Shown here in pieces: positions 41,865 through 56,029 of a DNA stretch of 64,000 nucleotides. The stretch is from the human T2T-CHM13v2.0 reference genome, Homo sapiens. The notes under the pieces are model-generated. The model was given only the letters and a program-made list of their open reading frames with translations. It had not been told where the DNA came from and ran no database searches. The DNA lies in assembly GCF_009914755.1 (NCBI RefSeq), contig NC_060931.1. One strand, written 5' to 3'. Numbering within the stretch: the stretch's first letter is position 1; each line of letters begins with the position of its first letter. Made by a program: the position numbers and the translations under genes.

Positions 41865-42163
41865 TTTTTTTTTTTTTTTTTTTGAGATGGAATCTTGCTC
41901 TGTCGCCCAGGCTGGAGTGCAGTGGTGGCGATCTCTGCTCACTGCAAGCTCTGCTCCCAGGTTCATGCCTTTCTCCTGCCTCAGCCTCCCAAGTAGCTGG
42001 GACTACAGGTGCCCACCACCACGCCCGGCTAATTTTTTGTATTTTCAGTAAAGACAGATTTTCACCATGTTAGCCAGGATGGTCTCGATGTCCTGACCTC
42101 GTGATCTGCCCGCCTCGGCCTCTCAAAGTGCTGCGATTACAGGCGTGAGCCACCGCGCCCAGC
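41865..42163 (-). mobile_element. AluY-like
   Basis: gcaagctc, gggactacagg, ttagccaggatggtctcga, gacctcgtga; TSD tgtatcttt. Confidence 0.93.
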
Positions 42164-44390
42164 TGTATCTTTACAAATATAGTACATACATTATTTTCTT
42201 GTTTATTAAAATCCTCACCAATTGATAAATGAGCAAATTAAACTATTGTTTCACTTCACATTATTTTGATAACTAGTGAGATTAAACAGTTTTGCAGATA
42301 CTTTTGTCCCTTTGCACTTACTGATTTGTGGGTGGCATCTTCGTGATCTTTGCCCATTTTTCTATGGGTCTGTTTGTCATTTGTTTTATAATTTAAGATA
42401 TCCTTTATATGTAAAGAATTGCCTTTTATACATATTTTCAATATTTCCCCCCAATTTGTTGTTTGCCTTTGGATTTTTGTTAATTTTTTTTATGCAAATA
42501 CTTTTTTTCATTCTTTGGTCAGAGCTCTCAATGCTTCACTTGTGTTGTTGTGGTTTAGTCTTGCGGTTAGAAAAATGAGAGCTGCCTTCACCTCCACTTG
42601 GATTTTCTAATACTTTTATGGTTTTCTTTCTTTTTACATTTCAATGCTTTGACTTTATTTTGATAAAAGAGAGATATAATGTTTTCCCTCCATAAATGTC
42701 CTAGAGGCACGCGTTGAGTAATTCATCCATTCTCCCTTGGTTTGGAAATGTCACTTTTATTCATCGCAAAGTCTTCAACGTATCAGTGTTTGTTTTTGGA
42801 GTTTCTTTCGTTCCATTGATCTGTGGTTCTGGTCCAGAACCACACTGTTAATTATTGTCATTTACTATACTTTTAATTCATCTCATTAATTTTCTTTTTT
42901 TCAAAATTTCTTTAGCAATTATGATGGCTTACAAATAAATAAAATGTTATTTCTCCTATTTCTTTCACAAAGGCCAATAAAATTGTATCAAATTTCACCT
43001 CAGGGACAAGCTCTTTTGTTCATGAGTTTCAGCACTTCTACTGTTCCCGCCCGCTGTGCTGTGCCTTTTACAGTTGTCGTATTTATTTATTTACTTACTT
43101 ATTTTTACCTTATTCAATTTACTTTCCTTATTTAAATTTTATAACATCTCTCCATTTCTACAGGTTTTTTTTTTCTCCTTCTAAACCATCAGCTTTCTTG
43201 AAGGGATGTTGGCCCTGGGTGTGTGAGTCCCCTGGGTCCTGTGGAGTAAAGCGGGGCTGGGACCTTTGAAAACTCAGAGTCCAGGGAGTGGTGACACACA
43301 GGTGGAACTGTGTGTCATGACTGATTGGGAATGAAGGATGACAAAAGAATCTGAATTAGTGTCACTTTTTCAAGAGGCCTCCCTTTTGCAGTTGCCCATT
43401 GGTTTCTATGACATGGTTTTTGAGATTGCTTTGGGTTTTTTTTAATGCTATTGGTACAATTATTTTTCATTATGTTGGTTAATGGTATTCCTATTGGTAA
43501 TGTTTTAGATTCAGTCTGAGAATGAGAAGAGCTGGTGGAGGGAAGTTAGAGATCCCATAGCAACCTCTCTGAAGTGTGGCCTTGTCCTGAGAGCAGAGGG
43601 CTCCTAAGCCTCTAGATCCCTTGTGTAATTACAGTGCTTGGTGCACAGCACAGGCCTAGGCAGTATCTGTTGAGTAAATGAATGTAAGGATTGTGTACAG
43701 TTCTTAAATCAGAAACAGCACCAGTAGTGCATGGTACAGTGAGACACATTTTCTCTGGCTCTGACTGAGAAAGATATTTCAAATATCGCTTTCAGATAAT
43801 GCAGCCTTGTGAGATAGTGAACTCTCCATTCCTGGAAGTATTCAAGCTAAGGTTGGAGAGGTGATGACAGTTTCCATTATTTTGGAGGGTGAACTTCCAA
43901 GGTCTGTATCACTAAGGTGATTCTGTTACTCCTGGCTAATTAAGCTTATGTTTTAGATTTTTCCTTTTCCTTTTTCTCCAGTCCCTAATTCCCATATACA
44001 CTTCTCTGCAAAGTGTCTTCATTGTGGTGTCACTTGTGTGTATCTGTGTCCTCTGTGCTATAACTGCAATGTGACCCGTTTCCCATGAATGTCCTGGGGT
44101 GGTGCTTGAGCTTTTCATGGGCTTGCGCCTTTCACCACCCACTATTAAACATGCAGATGTGATGGTGGCATCTGTCACTTGCTCTGTGATCACTCTTCTC
44201 TCATAACTGGTGGAAGGAAAAAAATGATTTCACGTTAATGAACACCATAAACAATTGGATATCCACTTTAGTGAACATCAAGATCTATCCATTAGTGTGT
44301 CTTATCACTCTCAGCTACTTTTTTTCATTTCCTTGTGTTTTGTAAGGAATTGAAAAAGAAAGCAAGATGATATTTAGAACTTACTTGTTA

Positions 44391-44841
44391 GTGGATCAGT
44401 TTCCTTGGGCTGCCGTAACAAATTACGACAAACTTGTGGCTTAAAACAATAGAAATGTATTCTCTCAAAGTTCTAGAGGCCAGAAGTCTGAGATCCAGGC
44501 ATTGGCAGGGCTGTACTCCCTCACAAGGCTCCAGAGCCCAATCAGTGCCTTTCCTCTCCTAGCTTCTGGGGGCTCCAGTTGTTTGGTGGCTATGACTGCA
44601 TCACTCCAACCTCCATCTCCATGGTCTGCCTCCTCTTCTCTCTGTCTCTCCTCTGCGTGTCCCTCACAAGGACACTTGTCATTGGATTTAGGATCCACCT
44701 GAATAATCCAGGATGAACTTTTATCTCAAGATACTTGACTCAATTACATATGCACCCTTTTCCCAGATAAGGTCATATTCACAGTTGCCAGGCATTAGGA
44801 CATGGACATATCTTTTGGAGGCCCACCATTCATCTTATTAC
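44391..44841 (-). mobile_element. MaLR solo LTR (MLT1B/C-like)
   Basis: gggctgccgtaacaaattacgacaaacttgtggcttaaaacaa...ataaggtcatattcacag...ccattcatcttattaca. Confidence 0.88.
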
Positions 44842-44979
44842 AGGCAGTAAGCCAGGAGATTCCATAGGGAGAAAAACTGAGTAAGATCTCACTTGGAGAT
44901 CCTGGGAATGCCTTTTAATACAGAGGTAGTGGTCCGTATAAACAAAGCTCCCATACTACTGTAATAATAACATTGTAAT

Positions 44980-45215
44980 AATAGCAGCAGTAATTTATGG
45001 AGCACTTGTTCTGTGGGAGGCATTGTTCTAACTACCTTTACAAGCATCATCTGAGCTAATCTCTCAACAACTCTATAAAGAGGCAACTATTGTTACTGTT
45101 GTTTTACAGATGAAGAACATGAGTCTTAGAGAAGTCAAAGAAGTTGCCTAAGGTCACATGAGCAGTGAGCAGAGGAGTTGCTTACCTTTGTTAGACTCCA
45201 AATCCTGTGTGACTA
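44980..45215 (-). mobile_element. MIR SINE
   Basis: aatttatggagcactt...ttttacagatgaagaa...agagaagtcaaagaagttgcctaaggtcaca. Confidence 0.8.
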
Positions 45216-48200
45216 TGAAACTCATTAACTGAAACAACCCGGCACCTTTGGACCTGTGCAGGCAAAGGCAAGGGAGTTGACCAGGAGCACACAGCACAGA
45301 CGAGAACAGTCCCAAAGCCTTTTGCTGTATCCCATCTGTGCAAACCACTCCCAATAAACAAACAAACACACACCAGGCTTCTTGAACAATTTCTCCCCGT
45401 TGCCAAGCTATTGGAAGAAAAGAACGCAAATCCGATCAGATTCATTACTAGTTTGAGGATTGCAAATACATTTCACCTTGGGTTGGATTGCGAACCATAT
45501 ATGGAAAGGACACCATGTTGATCAGTGTGCATGCACACACACATACACACCCCCACTGTGTGCAGTGACAGAAGTGCTCATTGTGTGCCAAACACCACCC
45601 TTGTTCTGTCCGGGGGGAGGTGCTGCGAAGACTGGGGAGATGGAGGCAGGCTCTGCTTCTGGCTGGATTCCTCAACCCACCTCCCTAGGCTCCCTGACCT
45701 TCCATTTGAAGGTCCAGGCCAAGTCGCAGACCATATGCCAGTTATCCAGGGAGCTTGCTACAAGTCACCCTCATGCTCCTGGTCTTCCATTCCCAGCCGT
45801 CAGCCAGAACCCAGATTCAGTGACCAGTTATGACCCCTGGGAAAGAGTTGCCCCAGGTTCGATCAACTAAGCTCCTCCAAATGGCTCTGCTTTAATTCTT
45901 CCTAATCTTGTTCATTCCCTCCTTGCCTGCTACATGTGGCTGCCAGGAACCCTCACATCTTGGGTCTAACCACTGAGAAATGGTGGAGATGTTTGGATTT
46001 GATGGAAGGATTTGGACAAGCAAAGATGAGGGTATTGCAGGTGACTCGAACAGTTGAGTACAACTGTAAAGAAGGAAGTCATTGTCCTGTTCTGGCAAGA
46101 GCAAGTAATTTATTTAGTATTTCTAGAATCTCAGTCTAAGAGAAAAAACTGGGCCTTGGGTGACAGGAGGTGGGCAGGAGTTCATCCTGCCCTGGCTGGC
46201 AGATTTCACACAGGGAGAAGAGCCAGGGCAGGCAGCGAAGAGAGCGGTTGGAGGCCCAGGCTTGGGTGGAGGTAGTGGGAATGAAAGGGAGCCAATACAT
46301 GGGGGAAGTCAAAGAGCAGCTAAGGACCAGGCTGGGGAGAGGAATGGCCAAAGAGAAGTCAGAGTTGGCCCGAGTCATCTGGTCTGCATGGGCTGGAGAC
46401 AGGGAGGCAGCAGAGAAGGCAGGAGGAGGAAGGGCTCAGCCATTGGCACTTAATAGTTATTATTTTTATGATTTATTTATGCCTCAATTACTTTCAAAAA
46501 ATTAAAGCAGCTAATAAAAAGTGCATGACCAATAAAATGTTAGCACATATTGAAACAGTGTTTTGCATAAGTTGAGTTGAAGGTGCCAGTGGGGCCTCCT
46601 GGGGGAAGATTCAGCAACATTGGGAAATCAAGAAGGCACCAGGGTGTCCTCTGGATCGAGCCTTGAGTGGAGGGGGCTGCTCGGCATCTGTGCTGTGTGC
46701 CCAGACTCCCCTCAGTGCACCCCTCCTGTGCTCCCCATGGGAAGACACACCCCTCCCTCCTTCCTTTATCAGGCCTCCTGAGGGTCAGGCCCCTGCAGGG
46801 CCAGCAGCCATGGCACAGTCCTTGGTGCATAGTGGGTGTGTTTCAGGGCCACTGGACTGGACTTTCCTTTTGGTGTGGAGGGAGGGAGAAGCAATGGAGA
46901 AAGAGGCGAGGACAGAGAGCGCCACATCCTGGGGTCAGATCTCCAGGACTGATGGTGCATGTGAGGCAAGTGCAGACTCTTCCAGAATTAGAAAGGAGAT
47001 GCCGAGCATGCAGCCGCGCTTCCATGGTGTATGATTCAGAATATTTGTCCTGCACTCTGCAGGTCATCATAACACAAGCTCATTCATCAGCGAGTGTCTT
47101 AAGAGTGAAGAGTCATGGCTGAAAGCAGAAGGATGAATCAGTGGTTTCTAAAGGTTCCTCTCTCTCTGAGTCAGGGAATGCCCCTTTGTCTATATTTGTA
47201 ACTGCTCCCTTGTTTCAGAACATTTCCACTTTTGGAGAAATGCCATAAGTTAGTCTGGCTTGAAATTTGGTTTCAATAGTAAGGCCTTCTCAATCCCTAA
47301 ATGATGAAAATAATAAAATAATGGAAATAAAAGGGATTTTAATTTTCCCTGGCATCTATTTCAAGTATTATTACAGTGCACTGATTGTTTGTAATGTTTA
47401 TTGAAATGTGTCAATTTCCCTTTTTCTTTTCCTCTGTTTTCACTTTTGTGTCCAGAGTTGGAGATTTCCAGAACACATTGGCAGCCATGTGCATACAATT
47501 TCCAACTTTAGAACACTGTGTATGAATTATGTTACATATCATGAGGTTAGAAAATAATGCAAAGGACACTGGGCTTTTGGCGGGGGGGGGTGTTTGTGTG
47601 TGTGCACACAGGTATGTGTGTGTGTTTGAATACAACAGCCTCTAATGACATCAAAGGTCATTAATAACAATTCAATCAATTATCCGTGAAGGTGTAAGAT
47701 GCTTACTCTGTGGAGTTTAGATAGATTTGAGAACATAAGAGTGATTTTATTTTTGCTTTTTGTGCATTTGAAAAGGACACAACTCTCCTATGCAGAGTTT
47801 TTGGTTTCTGGTTGTATGATGCTTTTTATCCATACATAGGCGTTGTGAGCCCACTCTAATCACTTAGATTTTTTTTTAGTAATAGTTTCCTTACAATCAA
47901 TCATGCCAGCAGTTGTGAAAATATGCTATAAGCTTTATATTAAGACAAATAAAGTTGAGATGCTGTGTCTCCAGCAGAAATAACTTCCTTTCTATTTCTT
48001 ATTTCAATCAGTCATGCCAGAGATATAAAACCATGCCATCAGCCATTTGCATGTGTTGAGATTCTGAGTCCCAATGCAGATTTAAAAGAGGACTTTCCCT
48101 CTAACTCCTTGCCTATTAATATACTCATTCACTCATTCAATTATTCAACCAGTGTCTATGAGCTCCTGCCGTGGTTCAAGCACAGCTGGAGTGGCTAGGT

Positions 48201-48254
48201 CACAAAGATGAATTGGACATGGTTAAAAGTCTTCCTTCCTCTCTGGTGAAGGGA

Positions 48255-48568
48255 TTTTTGTTTGTTTGTGTTTTTGGTTTTTTTTGAGACAGAGTTTCAC
48301 TCTTTCGCCCAGGCTGGAGTGAAGTGGTGCTATCTCAGCTCACTGCAACCTCTGCCTCCTGGGTTCAAGCAATTCTCTTGCCTCAGCCTCCCAAGTAGCT
48401 GGGATTACAGGCACCCACCACCACAGCCAGCTACTTTTGTATTTTTAGTAGAGATGGGGTTTTGCTATGTTGGCCAGGTTGGTCACGAACTCCTGACCTC
48501 AGGTGTGTTCCACCTGCCTTGGCCTCCCAAAGTGCTAAGATTATAGGCATGAGCCACTGTGCCTGGCC
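48255..48568 (-). mobile_element. AluS
   Basis: Antisense dimer; TSD tggtgaagg on both sides. Confidence 0.94.
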
Positions 48569-49228
48569 TGGTGAAGGAGATTGACTTTGAAATGGTGAGT
48601 GATAAGCTAGATGCCTACCCAAGCTATAATAGTATTAGGATCTAGAAGCAGCACCCAGGCCAGCTGCAGGGTGGAGATGGATGAGGGAAGGCTGACCCCT
48701 GAGCCAACTCTTATTATTACTGATATTTTAAGAAAAGATAGGGGTTAGTCACATTACGAGTAAAAGCTTTTCTTTACTAAAAAGATGTTTTGTTTATTTC
48801 ACATTGTACAGTATACATTATCCTTCAGATTACATTTTATTGATGATTATAGATGATTCATAACTTGAGAGGAAGTATAATAGGAACCTTTGTCCACTAA
48901 AGAGTACTAAGACACTGAGGTGAATGCTGCAAACCATTCTGTTGGTCAGGTGGAAAGGGCCCATTTGAATTATTGATCTTAATTAATTACCAGCACAGGA
49001 CTGAGGGTGGGGCCAGGGAGGGCAGCACAGGCCCAGGCCATGGCTGGTCATGGGTGATGACAGGTGCTCCTGGAGAGCTCAGCAACTGTGGCCGCATGTG
49101 GATGACCCCGTGTGCCAGGCCCCAGGGGACTTCACCTCTCAGGCTGTAGGCAGCCACTGAATGACGCAAGGCAGGCAAGAGGCATGACCAGAGTGGGATG
49201 TTTCCAAAAGACCCCTTTCTGATGAGAT

Positions 49229-49673
49229 AGTGGATTCACTTCCCATTGCTATAACAACTTATCACAAACTTTATGGCCTAAAGCAACAGGAATTTATTCT
49301 CTCAGTTCTGGAAGCCAGAAGTCTCATATTAGGTATGAGAAGGGCCATGCTCCCTTCAAAGGCCCTAGAGGAGGATCCTCCCCTATCCTCTTCCAGCTCC
49401 TGGTGGTGCTTGACCTTTCTCGGTTTGTGGCCACATAACTCCAGCCCTTGCCTTCATCTCCACATGGCCTCCTTCCCCTATGTCTCTGTGTCTTCTCTTC
49501 TATTCGAGGAATACTAGTCATTGCACTTAGAGTCCACCCTAAATCTAGGGTGATTTTATCTCAAGATCCTTGCTTAATCACCTCTGCAAAGAGCCTCTTT
49601 CCAAATAAAGTCATATTCTGAAGTTCTAGAAGGGTGGATATGAATTTAAGGGATCCACTATTCAACAACTCCA
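49229..49673 (-). mobile_element. MaLR solo LTR (MLT1C-like)
   Basis: ttgctataacaacttatcacaaactt...ctcagttctggaagccagaagtc...tttccaaataaagtcatattctga. Confidence 0.85.
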
Positions 49674-50559
49674 GATGGAGGGAGGTTGGAAGAGGTTCGG
49701 AGGATGAGGTCTAGCAGGACATGGGAGGACATTACAGAGGAACCTACAAGAAGTGAAAGAGAATGCATAGGTGGCATGCTGGGGCAGGTTTCAAGAAATG
49801 TGTGTTCAGGAGGAATAAGGGAGGAAAGGGTAAAAAAGAAGGATGAGGGATTGTGGCGTAAAAGCCAAACCTTCACAAATTTGCTTTCCACCCATGTAGG
49901 TATCTTCTAGCATTAAGTTCTAGTTCAAGTACCACCCTCTCTCCTGTAATGGCTGACAAAAGTGTTACTAGGATCACCTCATTTAATTCTTAAACAGTAC
50001 TATTATGATCACTCACACTCTAACACACACCCTGTTTTAAAGAGGAAACAAATTGAGGCTTGGAGAGGTTAGGTGGCTTGCTAGTAAATAAATGCTGGAG
50101 CTAGAATTTGAACCAGACAACCATACTGTAAGCCCAGCACTCCTGAATACTCACACATCACACATACCCCTCACCAACACCACACCACCAAGTAAAATTA
50201 TTCCTCCCATCTCTAAATCCCCATAGCCCGTGGTGTATGCTTCCTTTCGGCATTTGTTCAATTACCAACTAGTTTATTTTTACAAGTAGATTTGTGTACG
50301 TGTCGTGAGGAGAGGGACTGGACATGTTTCACTTTTGCATGATGTCCCCAATATCTTGCACCTGCATTGCACAAAGATCATGTTTATGAGTGTTGAATCA
50401 TGGGATGCTATCTTAATTCAGACCACAATTATATGTTCAGCCTGTGTGAGAGACAGAGAGAGAGAGACAAGGAAACATACAGCTATTATACAGTATGTGG
50501 TGTGCAGGGATACAGGTGAACACACAGAGACCTTGGGATGCATCTCATATGTATGTGCC

Positions 50560-50871
50560 AGCTGGGCATGGTGGCTCACGCTTGTAATCTCAACAATTTG
50601 GGAAGCTGAAGTGGGAGGACCCCTTGAGGCCAGGAGTTTGAGACCAACCTGGGCAACATACTGAGACCCTATCTTCTCAAAATTTTTTTTTAAATTAGCC
50701 AGGCATGATGGTGTGTGCCTGAGGTCCCAGCTACTCAGGAGACTGAGGTGGAGGGATCACTTGAGCCTAGGATTCTGAGGCTGCAGTAAGCTGTGATTGC
50801 ACCACTACACTTCAGCCTGGGTGACACAGCAAAACCCTGTCTCCAAAATAATAATAAGAATAATAATAATA
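50560..50871 (+). mobile_element. AluJ with (AAT)n tail
   Basis: J-type dimer, ggaggaccccttgaggccaggag. Confidence 0.92.
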
Positions 50872-51469
50872 GTATGTATTAATCAATAGGGATAAGAGAC
50901 ACATACATAGACAGACACAAATCAGTGAAGGAGGTGAACAGGCAATTCACAGAGGAAGTAAAAGTCAATAAGTATACGCAAGGATACTCAGTTTCACCTG
51001 CAATTAGCACTATGCATGTTAAAACACTGACAAGATATGATTCTACTCCAACCAGATTGGTGAAATAAAACATTTAAGGGGGGCAGGAAATTTCTCATTG
51101 TTCACTATAGAAAGATATGCACCAAACTGATAATAAACTGAAATGGTGGCTTCTGAGAGCTTGGGTGAGGGGTGATTTCTTGGAGGACTTTACTTTTACC
51201 TGTAGTATTTAAATTGTTTTACCAGGAGAATATGTTCATGCATTACTTGTATATTTGAAATTAGTAGGGAAAGAAATCAAATGCTCTCCCTCAATTTACA
51301 TTACTGGGTAATTACAAGGGATCATATGCTATTCATTGCTACTCCCATAGCTGAAAGAGGACCCTGCATTCCCAATTCTGTCATCTTTCCACTACATTTT
51401 GATGATAAGTTAGATGAGATCCGGAAGTTCAGGAAATACCTGTATGGAGGTGAAATGTAAAGCCTAGAG

Positions 51470-51679
51470 CTGTGTTTCCCAGGGGCTGGACACTTTATTG
51501 TCATGGGGGCTGACCTGCGCATGGCAGGGTGTGACACAGCATCCTGGCCTCTGCCCACCAGATGCCAGTAGCAACCCACCCCTCACCCTTTCTACTGTAA
51601 GGTGTAACAACCAAAAATGTCTCCAGACATTGACGGATACCCCTGGGAGATACACTCTTTTCCCCATTGAGAACCACTG
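51470..51679 (+). mobile_element. MER20
   Basis: cagcatcctggcctctgcccaccagatgccagtagca...caaccaaaaatgtctccagacattg...gagaaccactg. Confidence 0.85.
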
Positions 51680-51863
51680 GTGTCCAGAGAAAGCTCAGAA
51701 AAAGAACTTAAGCATCCCAACTCAGCCCAATTTCACTTCTATGAGAGTAAAAGTAATGGGCTTAATCATCATATGCTAGTACTTTGCTCTTGCCTAAAAT
51801 GACCAGTGTTATAAACTCCTTAACAAAAAGTACATTATATTGCTTTTCTTATCTTTGTATCTT

Positions 51864-51997
51864 TTTTTCTTTTCTTTTTTTTTTTTTTTTTGAGACGGAG
51901 TCTCGCTGTCGCCCAGGCTAGAGTACAGTGGCATGATCTCGGCTCACTGCAAGCTTCGCCTCCCGGGTTCACGCCATTCTCCTGCCTCAGCCTCCCG
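51864..51997 (-). mobile_element. 5'-truncated AluY (3' part of the right arm only)
   Basis: tgcaagc...cccgggttcacgccattc; perfect TSD atctttgtatctt at 51851-51863 and 51998-52010. Confidence 0.93.
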
Positions 51998-52193
51998 ATC
52001 TTTGTATCTTAAACACATCTCATCTTCCTCCTCATGATGCCAATTCCCCACCCCCAGGGGACAATCCCCTACCTGGTGAGGCTGATTGATTTTGAGCCTC
52101 TAGGGTAGCACAGAGCCACATGTATAGAGGGTAAGTGATTACTTTGTCTGCCAACATCGTCTTTATCAGAACCGCTGGACAGATCATTTAATG

Positions 52194-52612
52194 CAGGGGT
52201 CCCCAACCCCCGGGCCATGGGGCTGGTACTGGGCCATGGCCTGTTGGGAACTGGGCCTCACAGCAGGAGGTGAGCAAGCATTACCGCTTGAGCTCTGCCT
52301 CCTGTCAGATCAGTGGTGACAAGATTCTCATAGGAGCACGAACCTTATTGTGGACTGCACATGCAAGGGATCTAGGTTGTGGGCTCCTCATGAGGATCTA
52401 ATGCCTGATGATCTGTTACTGTATATATTAACATGTAATAATATATACATGTATATACATTATATATTACAATGTAATAATAGTAGAAATAAAGTGCACA
52501 ATAAATGTAAAGTTCTTGAATCATCTCAAAATCATCCTCCCCCACCCCTGTCTGTGGAAAAATTGTTTTCCACGAAACAGGTCCGTGGTCCCAAAAAGGT
52601 TGGAGACCGCTG
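52194..52612 (+). mobile_element. MER1A-like (hAT-Charlie), internally shortened
   Basis: caggggtccccaacccccgggcc...aaataaagtgcacaataaatgtaa...aaaaaggttggagaccgctg. Confidence 0.9.
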
Positions 52613-54180
52613 GTTTCACGGGCACCCTTGGCTCCCAGTCACATATGAGTTGGGACTCTTGGTTATGGAAGAAACCCATGCAAATTAGCTTAGGCCAAAA
52701 GAAGGGGTTAGTCACCGTAAGGTTACAGCTCGTGAACAGACCCGGAAGGGACAGCACACTCTCACTGGCAGAGGTCAGGGTGGCTGGAAAATAGTGGTAG
52801 CAGGGGTTGCATTTGAAAGGGCCTTGTCAAAGGTGCATGGTATGTATTAACAGAAAGCAAATTCACAGATCATCCAGGCCTGGAGGATGGGTTGGGAAGT
52901 GAGAGTGAGTTCAGGAAGGACTTATTAAGTGGATGCCAGCTATCCAGTGAGGGATGAAAGTGGCCCAGCTGACCGTGCAAAGGTGGGGATAGAGTGAGTA
53001 CATAGACCCCAAGGAAATCAGAGTTGGCTGAGCTGAAAGTAGGGCGGAGCAGCACATGTGCAGGGTGAGTGTCCTTGCCCACACAGGGAGGAAAAGAAAA
53101 ACGTTTGTGCAAAAGGTTAGGCAGCCAGGGGAAACATGAATGAAACCAGTGTCCTTGAGCTAGAGAAAGTGACACTGTTGTGGATCAGTCGCATTTTCGC
53201 TTCCTTACAAAAGCTCAACAGGGGCACACTGTGGTTGGTCAGATGGGAGTGCACAAGCATGAAAATCCATGGATTTGGTATTTGAGTCTTCTCAAATTTT
53301 AACTTAAAAATGAAAACATGAAAATAAGTGTGTGAGTTTAGAAAAAGTAAAATGCTTGACTTTCTTATGCGGAATGAAGATTGTGCCTTTACAATCAAGG
53401 AGTTCCATATATTCTGAGTGGTGGGAAATGTGATTCCACTAAATATTGAACTGTCCAAAGTTACTGGTGAAACACAGGCACATACACACACACACACTCA
53501 GATGGTTAAGATTTCGTGTGCTGCTTTTATAAAATCTCATTTTTTCACAGTTGTATTTTCCAGTCCATAAGTCTGCTATTTCTTTAGTTCTTGCTCAAAG
53601 CTTGAATGAACGTTGAAAAGTTTGGGCATCACACTTTTGGTCAGCCACTGCGTGCTGGCCAGGCTCCAAGGAAAGACGACCCTCAGGGGCTCCAAGGAAA
53701 GGACAATGCTCAGGAGCTCCATGTTCGCAAACAAGTGGGAAACAGCCTCTTAAAAACCATTTCAATACAATAGGTTTTAACAGATGCATGCAGTACAATG
53801 AAAGGAAAAAAGGGGCGTTTAGCTCATATCCTAGAAAAATATCTAAGCCTGAGATTTTGAAGAATTGTCTGAGAATGATAAACTATCAGACTTGAAAGTG
53901 TTTAATACAGAATCTTCCTCAATGGATTGGGCATCCTTATCCCTTCTCCCTGTTGTTGGCTACATTGCAAGAACTCTTTTGCAGTAAGATGGCACTTGTA
54001 GATAATAAAAGTAAAATGCTTTTGGGGTCTTTCTTTTGACAGTTTTTGAGATTAGTTTAATGTTACTTGTGTGCTGTGAGCTTTAAGTTTTGATGAGCTG
54101 AATCTTCAAGCAGATAAAAGATTTTTACAGTTGCTCAGTGTTATGTAGATTGCTTATAGGTACAAAAATAAAATAAAAAT

Positions 54181-54500
<320 letters not shown>

Positions 54501-54532
54501 CAAACTACAACTCTTAGTATTTTCACTATGGA

Positions 54533-54616
54533 AAAAATAGAAAAAAATTTTCTATTTTTAGAAAATTTTTAGTATTTTCTAAAAATCTCTAGAAATCCTA
54601 GAGATTTCTAGGATTT
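54533..54616. repeat. chain of four overlapping perfect inverted repeats
   Basis: Arms 54533-54544/54548-54559, 54555-54566/54574-54585, 54583-54592/54598-54607 and 54593-54602/54607-54616. Confidence 0.88.
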
Positions 54617-55630
54617 TTTTTTTCAATAAATTCTTTCACACATGCCCATGTTTATATATCAAAATCCATGTATACATCTAGGCAGGGTTGAATTATACCC
54701 ATGTTTACTAATTTAACTATTACTATATGCATTAAATGTAATGTGTTACCTAATGTTTAATGTCACTTTTATAAACGTGCTTTACATGTGAGAAAAATAA
54801 ACAAAAAGACATGAGACAATTAGGGTTCAGCCCTTTCTGCCCTATGTCCCTTCCCCAGAACTCAGAATCTTCTTAATTGGCACAGATCCCTAAAGGGAAC
54901 AAATGTGACAATTAGAAGTCTGCCCTCATTATAAGAGGCTCACAGGAATACCTGATATTGAGAAATACTCTTATTTTCTGAGTGGCATTGTAAGCGATCC
55001 TTGGACACAGCATGAAGGACTCGTGTGTAGGAGCAGGCACACTTTTTTACTCAGGATAGAACAAACAAGCAGCCAGAAAAACACATACAGCTAGACCATT
55101 TCACATTCGTTTGCCTTTGTCTAGCCCTTGAATGTGCCTTTAAGCACCCACTGTCTGTGATTCCTAATCCTGAGTCTCTCCAAAGCAGTGGTTTCACACC
55201 ACATTGACAGAAGCCTCCGCGTTCAGACACCCAACTCCTTAAAGCTAAAGTTCCTCTGATTCTCTATTTTACATATTCTGGTTCTATGTAAAATTTAATT
55301 TGAAACTGGGGTTCTCTGGGGAAAATTAAAACAAAGATAACAGATCCCAGGTTTCAGATGTATGATACCATTCTAGTCACATCTGAGTCACCTGCAAATG
55401 GTGACTAAAAAAGACGCAGAGGAAAATTAAAGGGCCACTTTGCATGGCTAAGCAGAGGAGAATGGTTTTGCTATCTGGTTTCTGGAAAGAACGGTTTGGT
55501 TTCCTTGGGGCCAGTCAATAGAAAGTTTGGGTTTCTCCTGAGCATCCAGTGACCATGTGTTGCCTCCAGTGGCTGTCCACCCCTCCCCATGTGTTAGGAA
55601 AGCCATCTGATTAAATAAAGTTCTCTAGGG

Positions 55631-55966
55631 CAGCAGTCCCCAATATTTTGGGCACCAGGGACTGGTCTCATGGAAGACAATTTTTCCACAGAGTCCAGGG
55701 TTGGTTTGGGGATGAAACTGTTCCATCTCAGATCATCAGGCATTAGTTAGATTCTCATAAGGAGCATGCAACCTAGATCCCTCTCATGCGCAGTTCACAG
55801 TGGGGTTCACCCTCCTATGAGAGTCTAATGCAGCCACTGATCTGACAGGAGGCAGAGCTCAGGCAGTAATGCTTTCTCACCTGCAGCTCACCTCCCGCTG
55901 TGCAGCCCAGTTCCAAACAGGCCAAGGACCACTATTGGTCTATGGTCCAGGATTTGGGGACCTCAG
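55631..55966 (-). mobile_element. MER1B, complete
   Basis: cagcagtccccaa...gatgaaactgttccatctcagatcatcaggcattagttag...ttggggacc; degenerate 8-bp TSD ctctaggg/ctctggag. Confidence 0.92.
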
Positions 55967-56029
55967 CTCTGGAGTGTGAAAGACTCACAGTATCACCTCC
56001 ACCACCCAGGTGCCTGTTGTTTTAAATGA

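Noticed and set aside
45460-47122. Cluster of longer overlapping ORFs in GC-richer sequence
   Set aside because: Open frames on both strands follow from higher GC content; there is no domain, splice structure or CpG island.
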